Shown: piece by piece, positions 27,912-36,557 of the stretch
Layout: each line of letters starts with the position of its first letter
How positions within the stretch are numbered: the stretch's first letter is position 1
NCBI GenBank assembly: GCA_020053275.1
Contig: JAGVNL010000026.1
Span: forward strand, 6,416 to 70,415
Direction: 5' to 3'
Origin: a bacterium
GTDB taxonomy: Bacteria > Patescibacteriota > Patescibacteriia > UBA9934
DNA: 64,000 nt
Program-made: the position numbers and the translations under genes
The notes under the pieces: model-generated
Told to the model about the DNA's origin: nothing
Databases searched by the model: none
The model's input: only the letters and a program-made list of their open reading frames with translations

Positions 27912-29756
27912 CTAAACTCCCAATACCGCCTTAATGCGCCGTACACCAGCCGACACCGCCTCTTCCTTAACAATCTTAAAGCCGCCAAGCTCACCCGTGC
28001 GTAGAACATGCGGCCCGCCACAAATCTCCTTGCTATAGTCGCCTACGAAATAGACTTTGATTTTGCCGCCGACGCTGGCGTATTTATCTTCAAACAAGCC
28101 GATGGCTCCGCGAGCCTTGGCTTCCTCCACCGTCAGCAACTCAAACCTAACGGGCAAATCTTTCTTAATCTGCTCGTTGACGATCCTCTCCACCTCCGTA
28201 ATCTGCTCTGGAGTCATCTTCTCGCCGTGGCTAAAGTCAAACCTCATCCGTTCCGCCGTAATGTTGCTCCCTTTTTGACCAACATGACCGCCGAGCACAT
28301 CTCGCAACGCTTGCTGCAACAAATGCGTCGCCGTATGCAACCGCGTCGTTTCCACTGAATGATCCGCCAGCCCACCAGCGAACTTCTGCTCCGAACCAGC
28401 CCGCGACAAATCTTGATGTGCCTTGAAATCAGTCTTGAATTGATTTTCGTCCACACTCAAATTATAGGTCCTAGCTAATTCTTCGGTAGTAAGCTCCAGC
28501 GGAAAACCAAACGACTGATAAAGATTAAAAGCATCAGTCCCAGTTATTGCCTGATTCTTCTCCACAATCTTCTTCAGCTCTCGCAAACCCTGCTCAACAG
28601 ATTTCCCAAACTTAGTCTCTTCATTCTCAAGCTCCTTCAGAATCATCTCTCGCTTTTCTATCAGTTCTGGGTACGCATCTTTATAGGTCTCAATATAAGC
28701 TGTGGAAACCTGCCTAATCAACGCCTCTTCAACCCCGAGCCGACGAGCCAAACGAACAGCCCTCCTGATTAAACGACGCACAAAGTAACCCTGATCCTTA
28801 TTACCAGGCAAAACGCCGTCACCAATCAAGAAGGTTGCTGCCTTAATATGATCAAGCACGACTCGGAAAGCAAAAGTCTCGTCTACATTGACACCGTATT
28901 TCTTACCAGACGCTTGCTCAATTATTGCTCTAGCCTCATCAAACAAACTACTCATGAATATATCCGGATTGTTCAACACTGCCGCCGCTAAGCGCTCTAA
29001 ACCTCCGCCAAAGTCAACATTGCGTTTTGGCAACGGCACAAAACCGCTCTCCGTCTTCATGTACTGCATGAAAACATTATTACCAATCTCCATGTATCTC
29101 CCGCAATCACAGTTCACATGACACGCTTCATCCTTCCAGACCGAAACCTCATGCAAGCCAAGTGCTGCACCAAAGTCCCAAAACATTTCAGTGTCAGGGC
29201 CACCTGGTTCGCCAACTGGCATCTTGTCAGGCGTGCCAGATCGTGACCACCAGTTCTTGCTTTCTGGATAAAAGAAAATTCTTTCACCTACCTTCGCCTC
29301 AAGGCCGACACTCGCAAAACATGATTGCCACAAAGCTACCGTTTCGTCGTCCTGCGGAATGTTAATAGCCGGCGAACCAGCGAACACAGACACATAAAGC
29401 TGTGCAGGATTAAGCCCCAACTCCTTAGTTAAAAACTCAAACATCCAGGTAACCTGCTCTTGCTTAAAATAATCACCAAGCGACCAATTACCAAGCATTT
29501 CAAAAAAAGTTGTATGACGGTTGTCGCCCACCTCCTCAATATCCTGCGACCTAAAACACTTCTGACTATCCACCAAACGCGTGCCGAGCGGATGCGTTTC
29601 ACCAAGCAAGTACGGCACCATCGGTTGCATGCCGCTACCAGTAAACAAAGTGGACGGATCATTCTCCGGTACCAGCCTGGCCGATGGAATTACCACATGA
29701 CCCTTACTCTTAAAAAAATCCAAGTACTTCTGACGCAATTGATTGGCAGTAATCAT
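27912..29756 (-). CDS. alaS: alanyl-tRNA synthetase, short form lacking the C-terminal C-Ala domain
   Basis: The N-terminal catalytic core ('FTGSGMQPMVPYLLG', 'SQKCFR') and the editing domain ('HTATHLL', 'CGGPHV') are present. The protein is 614 aa versus about 870 aa for the canonical enzyme. Confidence 0.88.
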   Translation of the reverse strand: MITANQLRQKYLDFFKSKGHVVIPSARLVPENDPSTLFTGSGMQPMVPYLLGETHPLGTRLVDSQKCFRSQDIEEVGDNRHTTFFEMLGNWSLGDYFKQEQVTWMFEFLTKELGLNPAQLYVSVFAGSPAINIPQDDETVALWQSCFASVGLEAKVGERIFFYPESKNWWSRSGTPDKMPVGEPGGPDTEMFWDFGAALGLHEVSVWKDEACHVNCDCGRYMEIGNNVFMQYMKTESGFVPLPKRNVDFGGGLERLAAAVLNNPDIFMSSLFDEARAIIEQASGKKYGVNVDETFAFRVVLDHIKAATFLIGDGVLPGNKDQGYFVRRLIRRAVRLARRLGVEEALIRQVSTAYIETYKDAYPELIEKREMILKELENEETKFGKSVEQGLRELKKIVEKNQAITGTDAFNLYQSFGFPLELTTEELARTYNLSVDENQFKTDFKAHQDLSRAGSEQKFAGGLADHSVETTRLHTATHLLQQALRDVLGGHVGQKGSNITAERMRFDFSHGEKMTPEQITEVERIVNEQIKKDLPVRFELLTVEEAKARGAIGLFEDKYASVGGKIKVYFVGDYSKEICGGPHVLRTGELGGFKIVKEEAVSAGVRRIKAVLGV

Positions 29757-29840
29757 AATGTACAGAGTGTAGCTGAGCCCAGCTTCCTTGCCAACCCCTG
29801 GGGTCGGTCAACCCCCGGGGTTGATTATGAAGATGCCGTG

Positions 29841-29876
29841 AAAAAAAGTCGACGCCCCCATTTCTGGAGGCGTCAT
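29841..29876 (-). terminator. rho-independent terminator for the GC-rich ORF 29900-30358
   Basis: On the minus strand: gacgcc-tccagaaatgg-ggcgtc followed by gacttttttt. Confidence 0.55.
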
Positions 29877-29899
29877 ACGAGGAGCAATAGTCACGATTG

Positions 29900-30358
29900 T
29901 CACGAACGGAGCGAGAACGGCCGCCTACCACTACCCCGGCTAGAGTTTCTGCCTAGGCCGAGCCGGCGAATCGGCGCTGGCCGTGGCACAGCTGGTTCAC
30001 CTCCCAACTCCTCGTCGAACAGGCAGGCTTGAGCTTCAACCTCAACTAAAGGTAGCAAACCGACTGGCCGCATCCGACAATCTGCCAAGAAGTGTATTGG
30101 CTCGTCAGGAAGCGTCGGCAAAATATGTACTGGACACTCCTCATGTATTACCTCCTCCCCTGTATCGTCATCGACCACTACTAGGACAGCAACCGCAGGT
30201 GCCTCCGTCACCGGATCGCTTGCGATTATGGGTAGAGGACCGATCTGTATTCCAGCAGGAACTCGATCCTTCCGCCGCACACGGTACGACTCTAATCCAA
30301 ACGCCAACCATAGCGCAGCCGTCACCAAGCAGCAACAGCCGCCGAGCAATTGTTGCAT
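29900..30358 (-). CDS. small secreted protein or lipoprotein, unknown function, in a high-GC islet
   Basis: 152 aa. GGAGG Shine-Dalgarno 4-5 nt before the ATG, signal peptide 'MQQLLGGCCCLVTAALWLAFG', own terminator. Codon usage is GC3-rich, unlike its neighbours. The overlapping plus-strand ORF 29983-30381 was rejected. Confidence 0.4.
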   Translation of the reverse strand: MQQLLGGCCCLVTAALWLAFGLESYRVRRKDRVPAGIQIGPLPIIASDPVTEAPAVAVLVVVDDDTGEEVIHEECPVHILPTLPDEPIHFLADCRMRPVGLLPLVEVEAQACLFDEELGGEPAVPRPAPIRRLGLGRNSSRGSGRRPFSLRS

Positions 30359-30402
30359 CGTGCCTCCAAGAGCAACACTAAACTATCAAAAATAAGCTAA
30401 TC

Positions 30403-31068
30403 TTACAAGCCTTCGTCCCAGGTCACCTGTCCGTCACCGGTAATATCTATCGTTGCCCCCTGGTACTCTGGCAATGCTCCGAACAACACCTCCACATACG
30501 CTTTAACTATCGCAAATCTCTCCCGCAACGCAAACTGCTCATCTTGAGCATAGGCTTGTTTCTCTACCGCCACTCCATAAGCATCAATCCCTAGCGCCTG
30601 ACCTATATACAAAGCCCGTGGCAAATGAAATGTCTGACTCGCTACAATCGCCGACTTCACCCCAAAAATATGTGCTGCTCGGTACATTGTATCGTAAGTG
30701 TCCACTCCAGCATGATCAAGAAATATATCCTGTGGAGCGACACCAAGCGTCAGCAAATACTTACGCATCGCGTTCACCTCGTCATAGTCGTCAGTCGTGT
30801 GGTCACCAGAGAGCAAAATCTTCGGCGCCTTGCCGGCCGCATACAATTCATTCGCCATCAATAACCTGTCTCGTAACACATCGGAAGGTTGACCGCTTGG
30901 CAAGACACTCGCCCCAGGCACAATTATCACCTGAACCGCCGGCACCTCGTCGACGCTAAGAATACGGTTTGCTAACGACCCAACCGCCGCCTGCGCCGAA
31001 ATAAATAGAGCAATCGCCAAACCAATCAGCACAACAATTCCTCCCCAAACTAAGCGAGCTAACCTCAT
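30403..31068 (-). CDS. SanA/YdcF (DUF218) family envelope protein
   Basis: N-terminal TM helix plus the DUF218 core ('IIVPGASVLPSGQPSDVLRDRL...AGKAPKILLSGDHTTDDYDEVNAMRKYL'). Confidence 0.7.
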   Translation of the reverse strand: MRLARLVWGGIVVLIGLAIALFISAQAAVGSLANRILSVDEVPAVQVIIVPGASVLPSGQPSDVLRDRLLMANELYAAGKAPKILLSGDHTTDDYDEVNAMRKYLLTLGVAPQDIFLDHAGVDTYDTMYRAAHIFGVKSAIVASQTFHLPRALYIGQALGIDAYGVAVEKQAYAQDEQFALRERFAIVKAYVEVLFGALPEYQGATIDITGDGQVTWDEGL

Positions 31069-32675
31069 AAGCCGGTACTCATTTCTGTTGGCTGAGCAGA
31101 TCTCAATAATTTTCGTTTCAAACCACTAACTACTGAACGCATTTCAGGACTTCCTGAATAATATGCCACAACAGAATAAACAATAAGTCCAACGCCACCA
31201 GCCACTACTGTTTGCAAAAACACATGCCAGAATGTATCCAACTCCCACACGGCCGACATTCCATACTTAACCAACTGCATAACCCCAGCTGCCACTCCAC
31301 CAGCAAATAATAATACCGACACCGACCATAAAATTTTCTTCTCATCCAAATCCCCCAGCCGCTTATGCAGTAACGCCCACAACACACCAGCCTGGAAAAT
31401 CGCTGTTAGCGTAAAAGATAACCCAAGCCCTTCCACGCCCATACTCCGCGTAAATATCCACGCTCCAGCAACATTCAACAACGCCGAACCTAAGCCTACT
31501 AAGAACGGTGTTACTGTATCCTCATAAGCAAAGTAAGCTCGCACCAAAACATACACCAACGACTGGGCAAAAAAACTGATCGCGAAGAAACCAAGTATAT
31601 TGGCCGTGGTAATGGTCGCTGCCCAATCAAAACTAGGCGATCCATAAAGTACCCGCACAATCTGCGCTCGCAGCAATAGTGTTACCGCGGTAATTGGAAT
31701 TATAAAAAACATAACCTGCCGTACAGTTTCGGAAAATGAATTACGGAAAGCTTCAATATTCTTCTTGTTCGCGAAATCACAAAAAGTTGGATATGCCGCA
31801 ATCGCATAAGACACCGCAAAAACGCCAATCGGAAAATAATTGAGAGCGTAAGAAATATTTAGTAAAGTTGCGGAACCAGCCACCAGTGACGACGCCAAAA
31901 TATCCATCACTAAAAAATTGACCTGGTTAATTGCCAACCCCATGACTCGCGGCCCCATTTGCTTAAGTGAACGCCAGACATCCGACTCCTGCCAAAACTT
32001 TACAAAAGCAAACCTATAACCCAAACCAAACACACCTACCAACTGAATTGAAGCGTGGAGTAGGGCACCGAAAACAGTTCCGTAAGCCAAGCCAATCGGA
32101 CCAAAAATCGGGACAAAAAATATCGCACCAAAAATAATTCCTAAATTATTCAAGATCGGCGCAAATGAATATAGGAAAAATCGCTTAGCTCCCTGCAAAA
32201 CAGAACCAAACACCATGGAAATACTGAAGAACGCTTGCCCAATAAACATTATGCGCATCATTTTAACCATCAGTGCTCGCGTTTCTGGTGGGAAGTTAAT
32301 ACCAAGCGGTATCGCCAAAACTGGCGCTAGTATTTCACCAAGAATCGCCAATCCTAAAAACCCTATCACTAGCGTCACCAACATCGCATTCGTATAACGC
32401 CAAGCCTTCTCCTCATTATTAGCAAAGTAATAGCGCGAGAATATCGTAATGAAACTCGCCGACAGTGCACCTATAACAAACAGTTGGAGTAGAATGTCTG
32501 GAATCCGCAACGCCTGATAATAAGCATCAGTTATCTGATCTTGACCGTAAAATAAATGCAGTAATATCCTATCGCGAACAAAACCAGCAATTCGGGATGC
32601 TATAGAAAAGACACCAACAATTATCGCCGCACTCGCAATCGTCGGTGAAACATTGTTAAACAATTTTTTCATCAT
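31065..32675 (-). CDS. murJ: lipid II flippase MurJ (MviN)
   Basis: 536 aa, 14 TM helices. N-terminal 'SRIAGFVRDRILLHLFYG...DAYYQALRIPDILLQLF' is diagnostic of MurJ. Confidence 0.85.
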   Translation of the reverse strand: MMKKLFNNVSPTIASAAIIVGVFSIASRIAGFVRDRILLHLFYGQDQITDAYYQALRIPDILLQLFVIGALSASFITIFSRYYFANNEEKAWRYTNAMLVTLVIGFLGLAILGEILAPVLAIPLGINFPPETRALMVKMMRIMFIGQAFFSISMVFGSVLQGAKRFFLYSFAPILNNLGIIFGAIFFVPIFGPIGLAYGTVFGALLHASIQLVGVFGLGYRFAFVKFWQESDVWRSLKQMGPRVMGLAINQVNFLVMDILASSLVAGSATLLNISYALNYFPIGVFAVSYAIAAYPTFCDFANKKNIEAFRNSFSETVRQVMFFIIPITAVTLLLRAQIVRVLYGSPSFDWAATITTANILGFFAISFFAQSLVYVLVRAYFAYEDTVTPFLVGLGSALLNVAGAWIFTRSMGVEGLGLSFTLTAIFQAGVLWALLHKRLGDLDEKKILWSVSVLLFAGGVAAGVMQLVKYGMSAVWELDTFWHVFLQTVVAGGVGLIVYSVVAYYSGSPEMRSVVSGLKRKLLRSAQPTEMSTGL

Positions 32676-33655
32676 ACTTCGCGTTCGTTCTCTTCATTCA
32701 CAACAGCCACACTTGAACCGCGAGCATTACGCCTACGAACAACTATCACACTCAATAAGCAACCAATAGCCAACAGACCAAGCACAATGACCAAAATCTG
32801 AATGACTGGATTACTCAAACGCCAAAACGAAACCGTAGAATTACCTGGTTCTGCTTCAGCAGCTACGGCATTGTCAAAAATACCATACGCCTTATCTGGC
32901 CAAACTATTCCAGCCTTGGCGTTCGTCGAATCACTTGCTAATTCGGAGTTTGCAAAGGCTACAGCACTGCCAGTACTCGCACCATCAACTATGGAATTAG
33001 CTATAGTTGTCGGCGTTTGGGCTTCAGTGTTCTGTATCACCGTCTTAGCCAAAGTTACAGCTGGTGCAACAGCTACCGTCTTCACAGGAACAGCTGTTGG
33101 CAGCGGTGTCACCGGCGGGACGATTACTGGCTTAGGAGTATTGTCGACACTATCACAAGCGTCACCAATGCCATCATTATCAAGATCAGCCTGATCTGCA
33201 TTCGCGTTGTCCCGACAATTATCAACATCATCTAGCACACCATCTTTATCCGCATCAAGAATAGTCGCATAGAGCACGGTCATTGCAGAATCGTTACTTG
33301 AGTTCTGATCGGCTGGTACTGAACCAGCCAAAACTGCATAAATATTAAATGATGTACTTGGCAGTAAAAAGTCGACGAACACTTCTTCTGGTGCTCCACC
33401 CACTCGCAAGGAAACCGGCTGTGTAGCACCAACCACCTTAGAACCATTATAAAAAACCACACTCGCCTGCATATCAACATCGCCTAAATTGCGGACGCGA
33501 GCATAAATCCTGACAATATCGCCGCTATAAAAAGTAGACGAGGAGAAAGTAATGGAATTGTTATCAATCGCTATATCAGCAACTGCTGCCTGAGCTCGCG
33601 AAGGTAGCCAAAAAATAAAGAGGAGACTGAGAAAAAATAATCCTATTTTTTTCAT
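32672..33655 (-). CDS. cell-surface protein: signal peptide, CARDB-like beta domain, thrombospondin type-3 calcium-binding repeats, Pro/Thr/Ala linker, C-terminal TM anchor
   Basis: 'DKDGVLDDVDNCRDNANADQADLDNDGIGDACD' TSP3 repeats; 'VRIYARVRNLGDVDMQASVVFYNG' CARDB-like; C-terminal 'VIQILVIVLGLLAIGCLLSVIVVRRRN'. Confidence 0.6.
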   Translation of the reverse strand: MKKIGLFFLSLLFIFWLPSRAQAAVADIAIDNNSITFSSSTFYSGDIVRIYARVRNLGDVDMQASVVFYNGSKVVGATQPVSLRVGGAPEEVFVDFLLPSTSFNIYAVLAGSVPADQNSSNDSAMTVLYATILDADKDGVLDDVDNCRDNANADQADLDNDGIGDACDSVDNTPKPVIVPPVTPLPTAVPVKTVAVAPAVTLAKTVIQNTEAQTPTTIANSIVDGASTGSAVAFANSELASDSTNAKAGIVWPDKAYGIFDNAVAAEAEPGNSTVSFWRLSNPVIQILVIVLGLLAIGCLLSVIVVRRRNARGSSVAVVNEENEREV

Positions 33656-34227
33656 ACAACACGAAGTTTACCATGCACCACCCCGCTAATCCAATATTCG
33701 CGAGCAATATCTGGATGAATATGCAATCGCAAACGATAGCTTGGGTGCACGCGAACAATAATATTCGTCAATATAACTGGCTGGTCACCAATAATCTCCA
33801 CCTCCACAATCTTGCCGTTTGTCAGGTGTAAACTCGCCGCTTCCGTGTCAGAACAATGCAAATGCGCTTGCGGAATAATCACACTCGCTTCCGCCATAAC
33901 TTCCCCAGCTGGCCCAACCAAACGGCAAGTTGCAGCTCGACTAGCATCGCCGGACCTGGCAACTAGTGCATTCAAACCAAGCAAAGCCGCTTCTGTCGGC
34001 GTCAATTCAACTTGCGTATTCTGACGATACGGCCCAAGCACTCGTAAAGTTATTGATCGCTTGAGCTTACCAAAAACCTCAAGCGACTGTGCATAAGCGA
34101 ACTGCCCACTCTGCGCCAAGGTGTGAGTAATGGTCGACGCCATACCAACGCCAAACAACACCACCTGATGCTCTTCAGACAAGTGAATATGCGAAGGCAC
34201 GATTTCTATCGGAATAGGACGCGACAT
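33652..34227 (-). CDS. pduL: PduL/EutD-type phosphate acyltransferase
   Basis: Two PduL half-domains with 'PSHIHLSEEH' and 'PQAHLHCSDTE' (SxRHxH-like) motifs; ~190 aa. Confidence 0.65.
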   Translation of the reverse strand: MSRPIPIEIVPSHIHLSEEHQVVLFGVGMASTITHTLAQSGQFAYAQSLEVFGKLKRSITLRVLGPYRQNTQVELTPTEAALLGLNALVARSGDASRAATCRLVGPAGEVMAEASVIIPQAHLHCSDTEAASLHLTNGKIVEVEIIGDQPVILTNIIVRVHPSYRLRLHIHPDIAREYWISGVVHGKLRVV

Positions 34228-34239
34228 AGCTTTAGTATA

Positions 34240-34956
34240 TCACTTCTTTACTTTATCGTAAGCGTTACCATACGACGGCCGCTTAATTGAGCCGAATAAC
34301 ATAATATAAGGCTCAGCCAAACCGTTGACGAGGAGAAAACGCAGTCTGCCAATCTTCTCTTGCCGACGCATCGTAATGCCGACTTTGACGCTGTTCAGTA
34401 CGCCGAATTTATAACCAGCGTCTCTTACCAGCAAGCCATAATCATGATCTTCAGCAAATGTTACTGCTGGATCAAAGCCACCAATCGCGTTGTGCACCTT
34501 GCGCCAGACCATCATCATCGTGCCAATCGGATGCGGGTGCCTACTTCCCCACAACCGTACATAACGGTTATAAAATTTAAACGATAATCTATCAAGCCTC
34601 GTGCCGCCCTTTACCGCTACATCACAAGTTACCAAATCAAATTTTCGTTCCTCAAACTCAGCCACCGCCTTCGCCAACCAATCATTGCCCTCAATAATCG
34701 CATCGGCGTCCAAAAATAATACAATCTCTGCCGTCGACGCCTTAACGCCAGCGTTCCTACCAACTGCCGCAATCCCACCGTGCACCACCGTCACGCCCAC
34801 AAAACTCCTGGCAACCTCCCTCGTACCATCCGTACTCCCAGCGTCCGCCACAATAATCTCATCTGGTACCCTCGTCTGCCGCAAAAGCGCCGTCAGCAAC
34901 ACCGGCAAATACTTCGCTTCATTCTTCGCTGGAATCACCACGGCAAGACGCATCAT
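34240..34956 (-). CDS. family 2 glycosyltransferase
   Basis: 'LAVVIPAKNEAKYLPVLLTALLRQTRVPDEIIVADAGSTDGT'. Start set at the Met13 ATG. Confidence 0.75.
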   Translation of the reverse strand: MMRLAVVIPAKNEAKYLPVLLTALLRQTRVPDEIIVADAGSTDGTREVARSFVGVTVVHGGIAAVGRNAGVKASTAEIVLFLDADAIIEGNDWLAKAVAEFEERKFDLVTCDVAVKGGTRLDRLSFKFYNRYVRLWGSRHPHPIGTMMMVWRKVHNAIGGFDPAVTFAEDHDYGLLVRDAGYKFGVLNSVKVGITMRRQEKIGRLRFLLVNGLAEPYIMLFGSIKRPSYGNAYDKVKK

Positions 34957-35068
34957 AATATAAGTATTGTAACATATATCGCTGCCAGGCATATGCTAGG
35001 CAGCAGACTGATATTTTTTTGACATCTCAGGCCTATCATGCCAACATTCAGCGACCCAGGAGCCCATC

Positions 35069-35641
35069 ATGACCATCCCCCTTCTCACCTTCCTCGCCCT
35101 CTTCACACCAACCGCCGCGGCTGGAGTGTCCGCCCAACTCAACATCAAAGTTGCAGGTAGCGCCAAACTCACGGAGAAGATTGACCTCGGCGTGTTCGCC
35201 AACGCCATGCTACTACCCGGTACCACCGCCTACTACTGCACCTACACTGGCCCAGGATTCCAGCTCACCCCGTGGTGGTGGGCAAGCCCCCGTGGTGGCG
35301 TCATCCTCAACTGGCCGGCCACCGGCCAAGCATCGCCCATCGCCTCGCTCTGGAACTACTTCACGCTCCACGGCGGCGACCTCTCGCTCTTCACGGAAAC
35401 CGAGGTATACCCGTTGCCAGGCGGCGGCGTTGACTACTTTGGCTTCTACCAGGCCGACTACAACTTCACGGCGCTGAGCCTTGGACTCATGGCGGAACAG
35501 GTGAACACGAGCATCACGGCTGGGCCAATAGTGTCTTACTCCTTCAACAAGAACCTGAGCGCTGGCGTGGAGTACCACCTCAACCCCCTCGACCTCACCG
35601 CCCAGACCATCCGCGGCAACCTGTCCCTCAAGTTCAACTGA
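35069..35641 (+). CDS. secreted beta-strand-rich protein of unknown function (high-GC islet)
   Basis: AGGAG Shine-Dalgarno 7 nt upstream. Signal peptide 'MTIPLLTFLALFTPTAAAG'. Alternating hydrophobic beta pattern, Trp/Tyr/Gly-rich, ends ...LSLKFN. About 62% GC with a G/C third-position bias. Confidence 0.55.
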   Translation: MTIPLLTFLALFTPTAAAGVSAQLNIKVAGSAKLTEKIDLGVFANAMLLPGTTAYYCTYTGPGFQLTPWWWASPRGGVILNWPATGQASPIASLWNYFTLHGGDLSLFTETEVYPLPGGGVDYFGFYQADYNFTALSLGLMAEQVNTSITAGPIVSYSFNKNLSAGVEYHLNPLDLTAQTIRGNLSLKFN

Positions 35642-35666
35642 CACCACGGTCAGTTTCCCTCTCCTA

Positions 35667-35709
35667 CGCCGCCCCAGAAGCCCTCGTGCTTCACGGGCGG
35701 CTTCTTAAT
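35667..35709 (+). terminator. rho-independent terminator after the beta-rich secreted protein gene
   Basis: gccgccc-[gaagc-cctcgt-gcttc]-gggcggc followed by ttcttaatt. Confidence 0.5.
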
Positions 35710-35737
35710 TACCAAAAATAAAGTATACTTGCAATAT

Positions 35738-36046
35738 ATGATAAATCCAAAAGAACAATTCCCAGCACTTCACGATTTCCTAAGTGCCTACTATCACGAA
35801 GACTGGAATGTGAACGCACAAACAGCAAATAATGTTATAATTCATTTTCTTTCCAACGCCAGTGCATCCGAAATTCCAACTCAAATCGCTGAAGAAATTG
35901 ATGAACTGCTCACAGCTAAAATTAATGATTCGGAACTAAACAACCTAATCTTCGATCATCTTGGTTGTTATTATAGCCCCGAAGCAGATAATCTAACCGT
36001 CCGAGACTGGCTCGCATCAATCGCGAAACAAATGCGTAATCATTAA
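35738..36046 (+). CDS. CdiI-like polymorphic-toxin immunity protein, candidate orphan immunity gene
   Basis: AT-rich (about 36% GC) gene inside a GC-rich islet. 'FPALHDFLSAYYHEDWNVN...ELNNLIFDHLGCYYSPEAD...RDWLASI' matches, from memory, the pattern of CDI-system immunity families (F/YxxAYFHQDW...LGxYY...W). TATACT sits 8 nt before the ATG. The ORF-track start is a TTG three codons earlier. Confidence 0.4.
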   Translation: MINPKEQFPALHDFLSAYYHEDWNVNAQTANNVIIHFLSNASASEIPTQIAEEIDELLTAKINDSELNNLIFDHLGCYYSPEADNLTVRDWLASIAKQMRNH

Positions 36047-36095
36047 AACAAAAGCGGACGCCCGACCCGAGAGTCGTGCGTCCAGTTGTTACCGC
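36046..36095. terminator. bidirectional rho-independent terminator between the CdiI-like gene and the convergent small ORF
   Basis: ggacgc-ccgacccgagagtcgt-gcgtcc. On the minus strand it is followed by gcttttgtttt. Confidence 0.5.
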
Positions 36096-36110
36096 CGTTG
36101 TTCTTGGCAG

Positions 36111-36377
36111 CTAGGCATGTCCCAACATCCGTACTCCATCCTCGCACCGCTGCTTCTCCGCCTCGAGATACCCGGACACATCGTAGGTCACAGGCACAGC
36201 ACCAAGCAGCTTGACGCGCTTCTCCCAGGCCGCCTTGATGATGTCATGGTCAGCCGGGATGGCAGTTCTCCGGTAGACGATGAGGTTGGCCAGGCAGGCC
36301 ATGTCGATCTCATCTGCCTCCTTGATCGCCTCGACGATCGACTTGTGGAAAGGCACCGGCTTCTTGTTCTCGTCCAT
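36111..36377 (-). CDS. small hypothetical protein (88 aa), GC-rich
   Basis: GGGAG Shine-Dalgarno 4 nt before the ATG, own terminator, no recognisable motif. The overlapping plus-strand ORF 36117-36419 was rejected. Confidence 0.45.
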   Translation of the reverse strand: MDENKKPVPFHKSIVEAIKEADEIDMACLANLIVYRRTAIPADHDIIKAAWEKRVKLLGAVPVTYDVSGYLEAEKQRCEDGVRMLGHA

Positions 36378-36443
36378 GACTCACTCCCTGATTGCAGGTT
36401 ACTTGCTCGGCCACCATAGCCTAAAGCAGGCTAAGACTAACAA

Positions 36444-36470
36444 ACAAAAAAGGCTCGGTCAACCCGAGTC
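36444..36470 (-). terminator. rho-independent terminator immediately after tRNA-Arg
   Basis: On the minus strand: ctcgg-gttga-ccgag followed by cctttttt. Confidence 0.5.
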
Positions 36471-36475
36471 TCTCT

Positions 36476-36552
36476 TGGTGTATCTGGCGGGATTCGAACC
36501 CACGACCTTCTCCTTCGGAGGGAGACACTCTATCCAGCTAAGCTACAGATAC
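36476..36552 (-). tRNA. tRNA-Arg (anticodon CCG), CCA encoded
   Basis: Cloverleaf GTATCTG...TTCGAATCC...CAGATAC-A-CCA. Anticodon loop CUCCGAA, read as CCG. Confidence 0.85.
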
Positions 36553-36557
36553 ATAAA

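Noticed and set aside
29757-29900. T-box leader upstream of alaS, and similarly upstream of gltX and cysS
   Set aside because: The leaders are too short (under 150 nt for alaS, under 20 nt for cysS, and gltX overlaps the previous gene). No T-box 'AGGGUGGNACCGCG' sequence is present.
29983-30381. 132-aa plus-strand ORF in the GC-rich islet
   Set aside because: It overlaps the minus-strand ORF, which has a GGAGG site, a signal peptide and a terminator. High GC content makes long spurious ORFs likely, and its Pro/Gln/Arg-rich translation is low complexity.
35151-35647. Overlapping ORFs 35151-35477 (+) and 35213-35647 (-) within the beta-rich secreted protein gene
   Set aside because: They are alternative-frame artefacts of a ~62% GC region. 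The 35069-35641 frame has a Shine-Dalgarno site, a signal peptide and a terminator.
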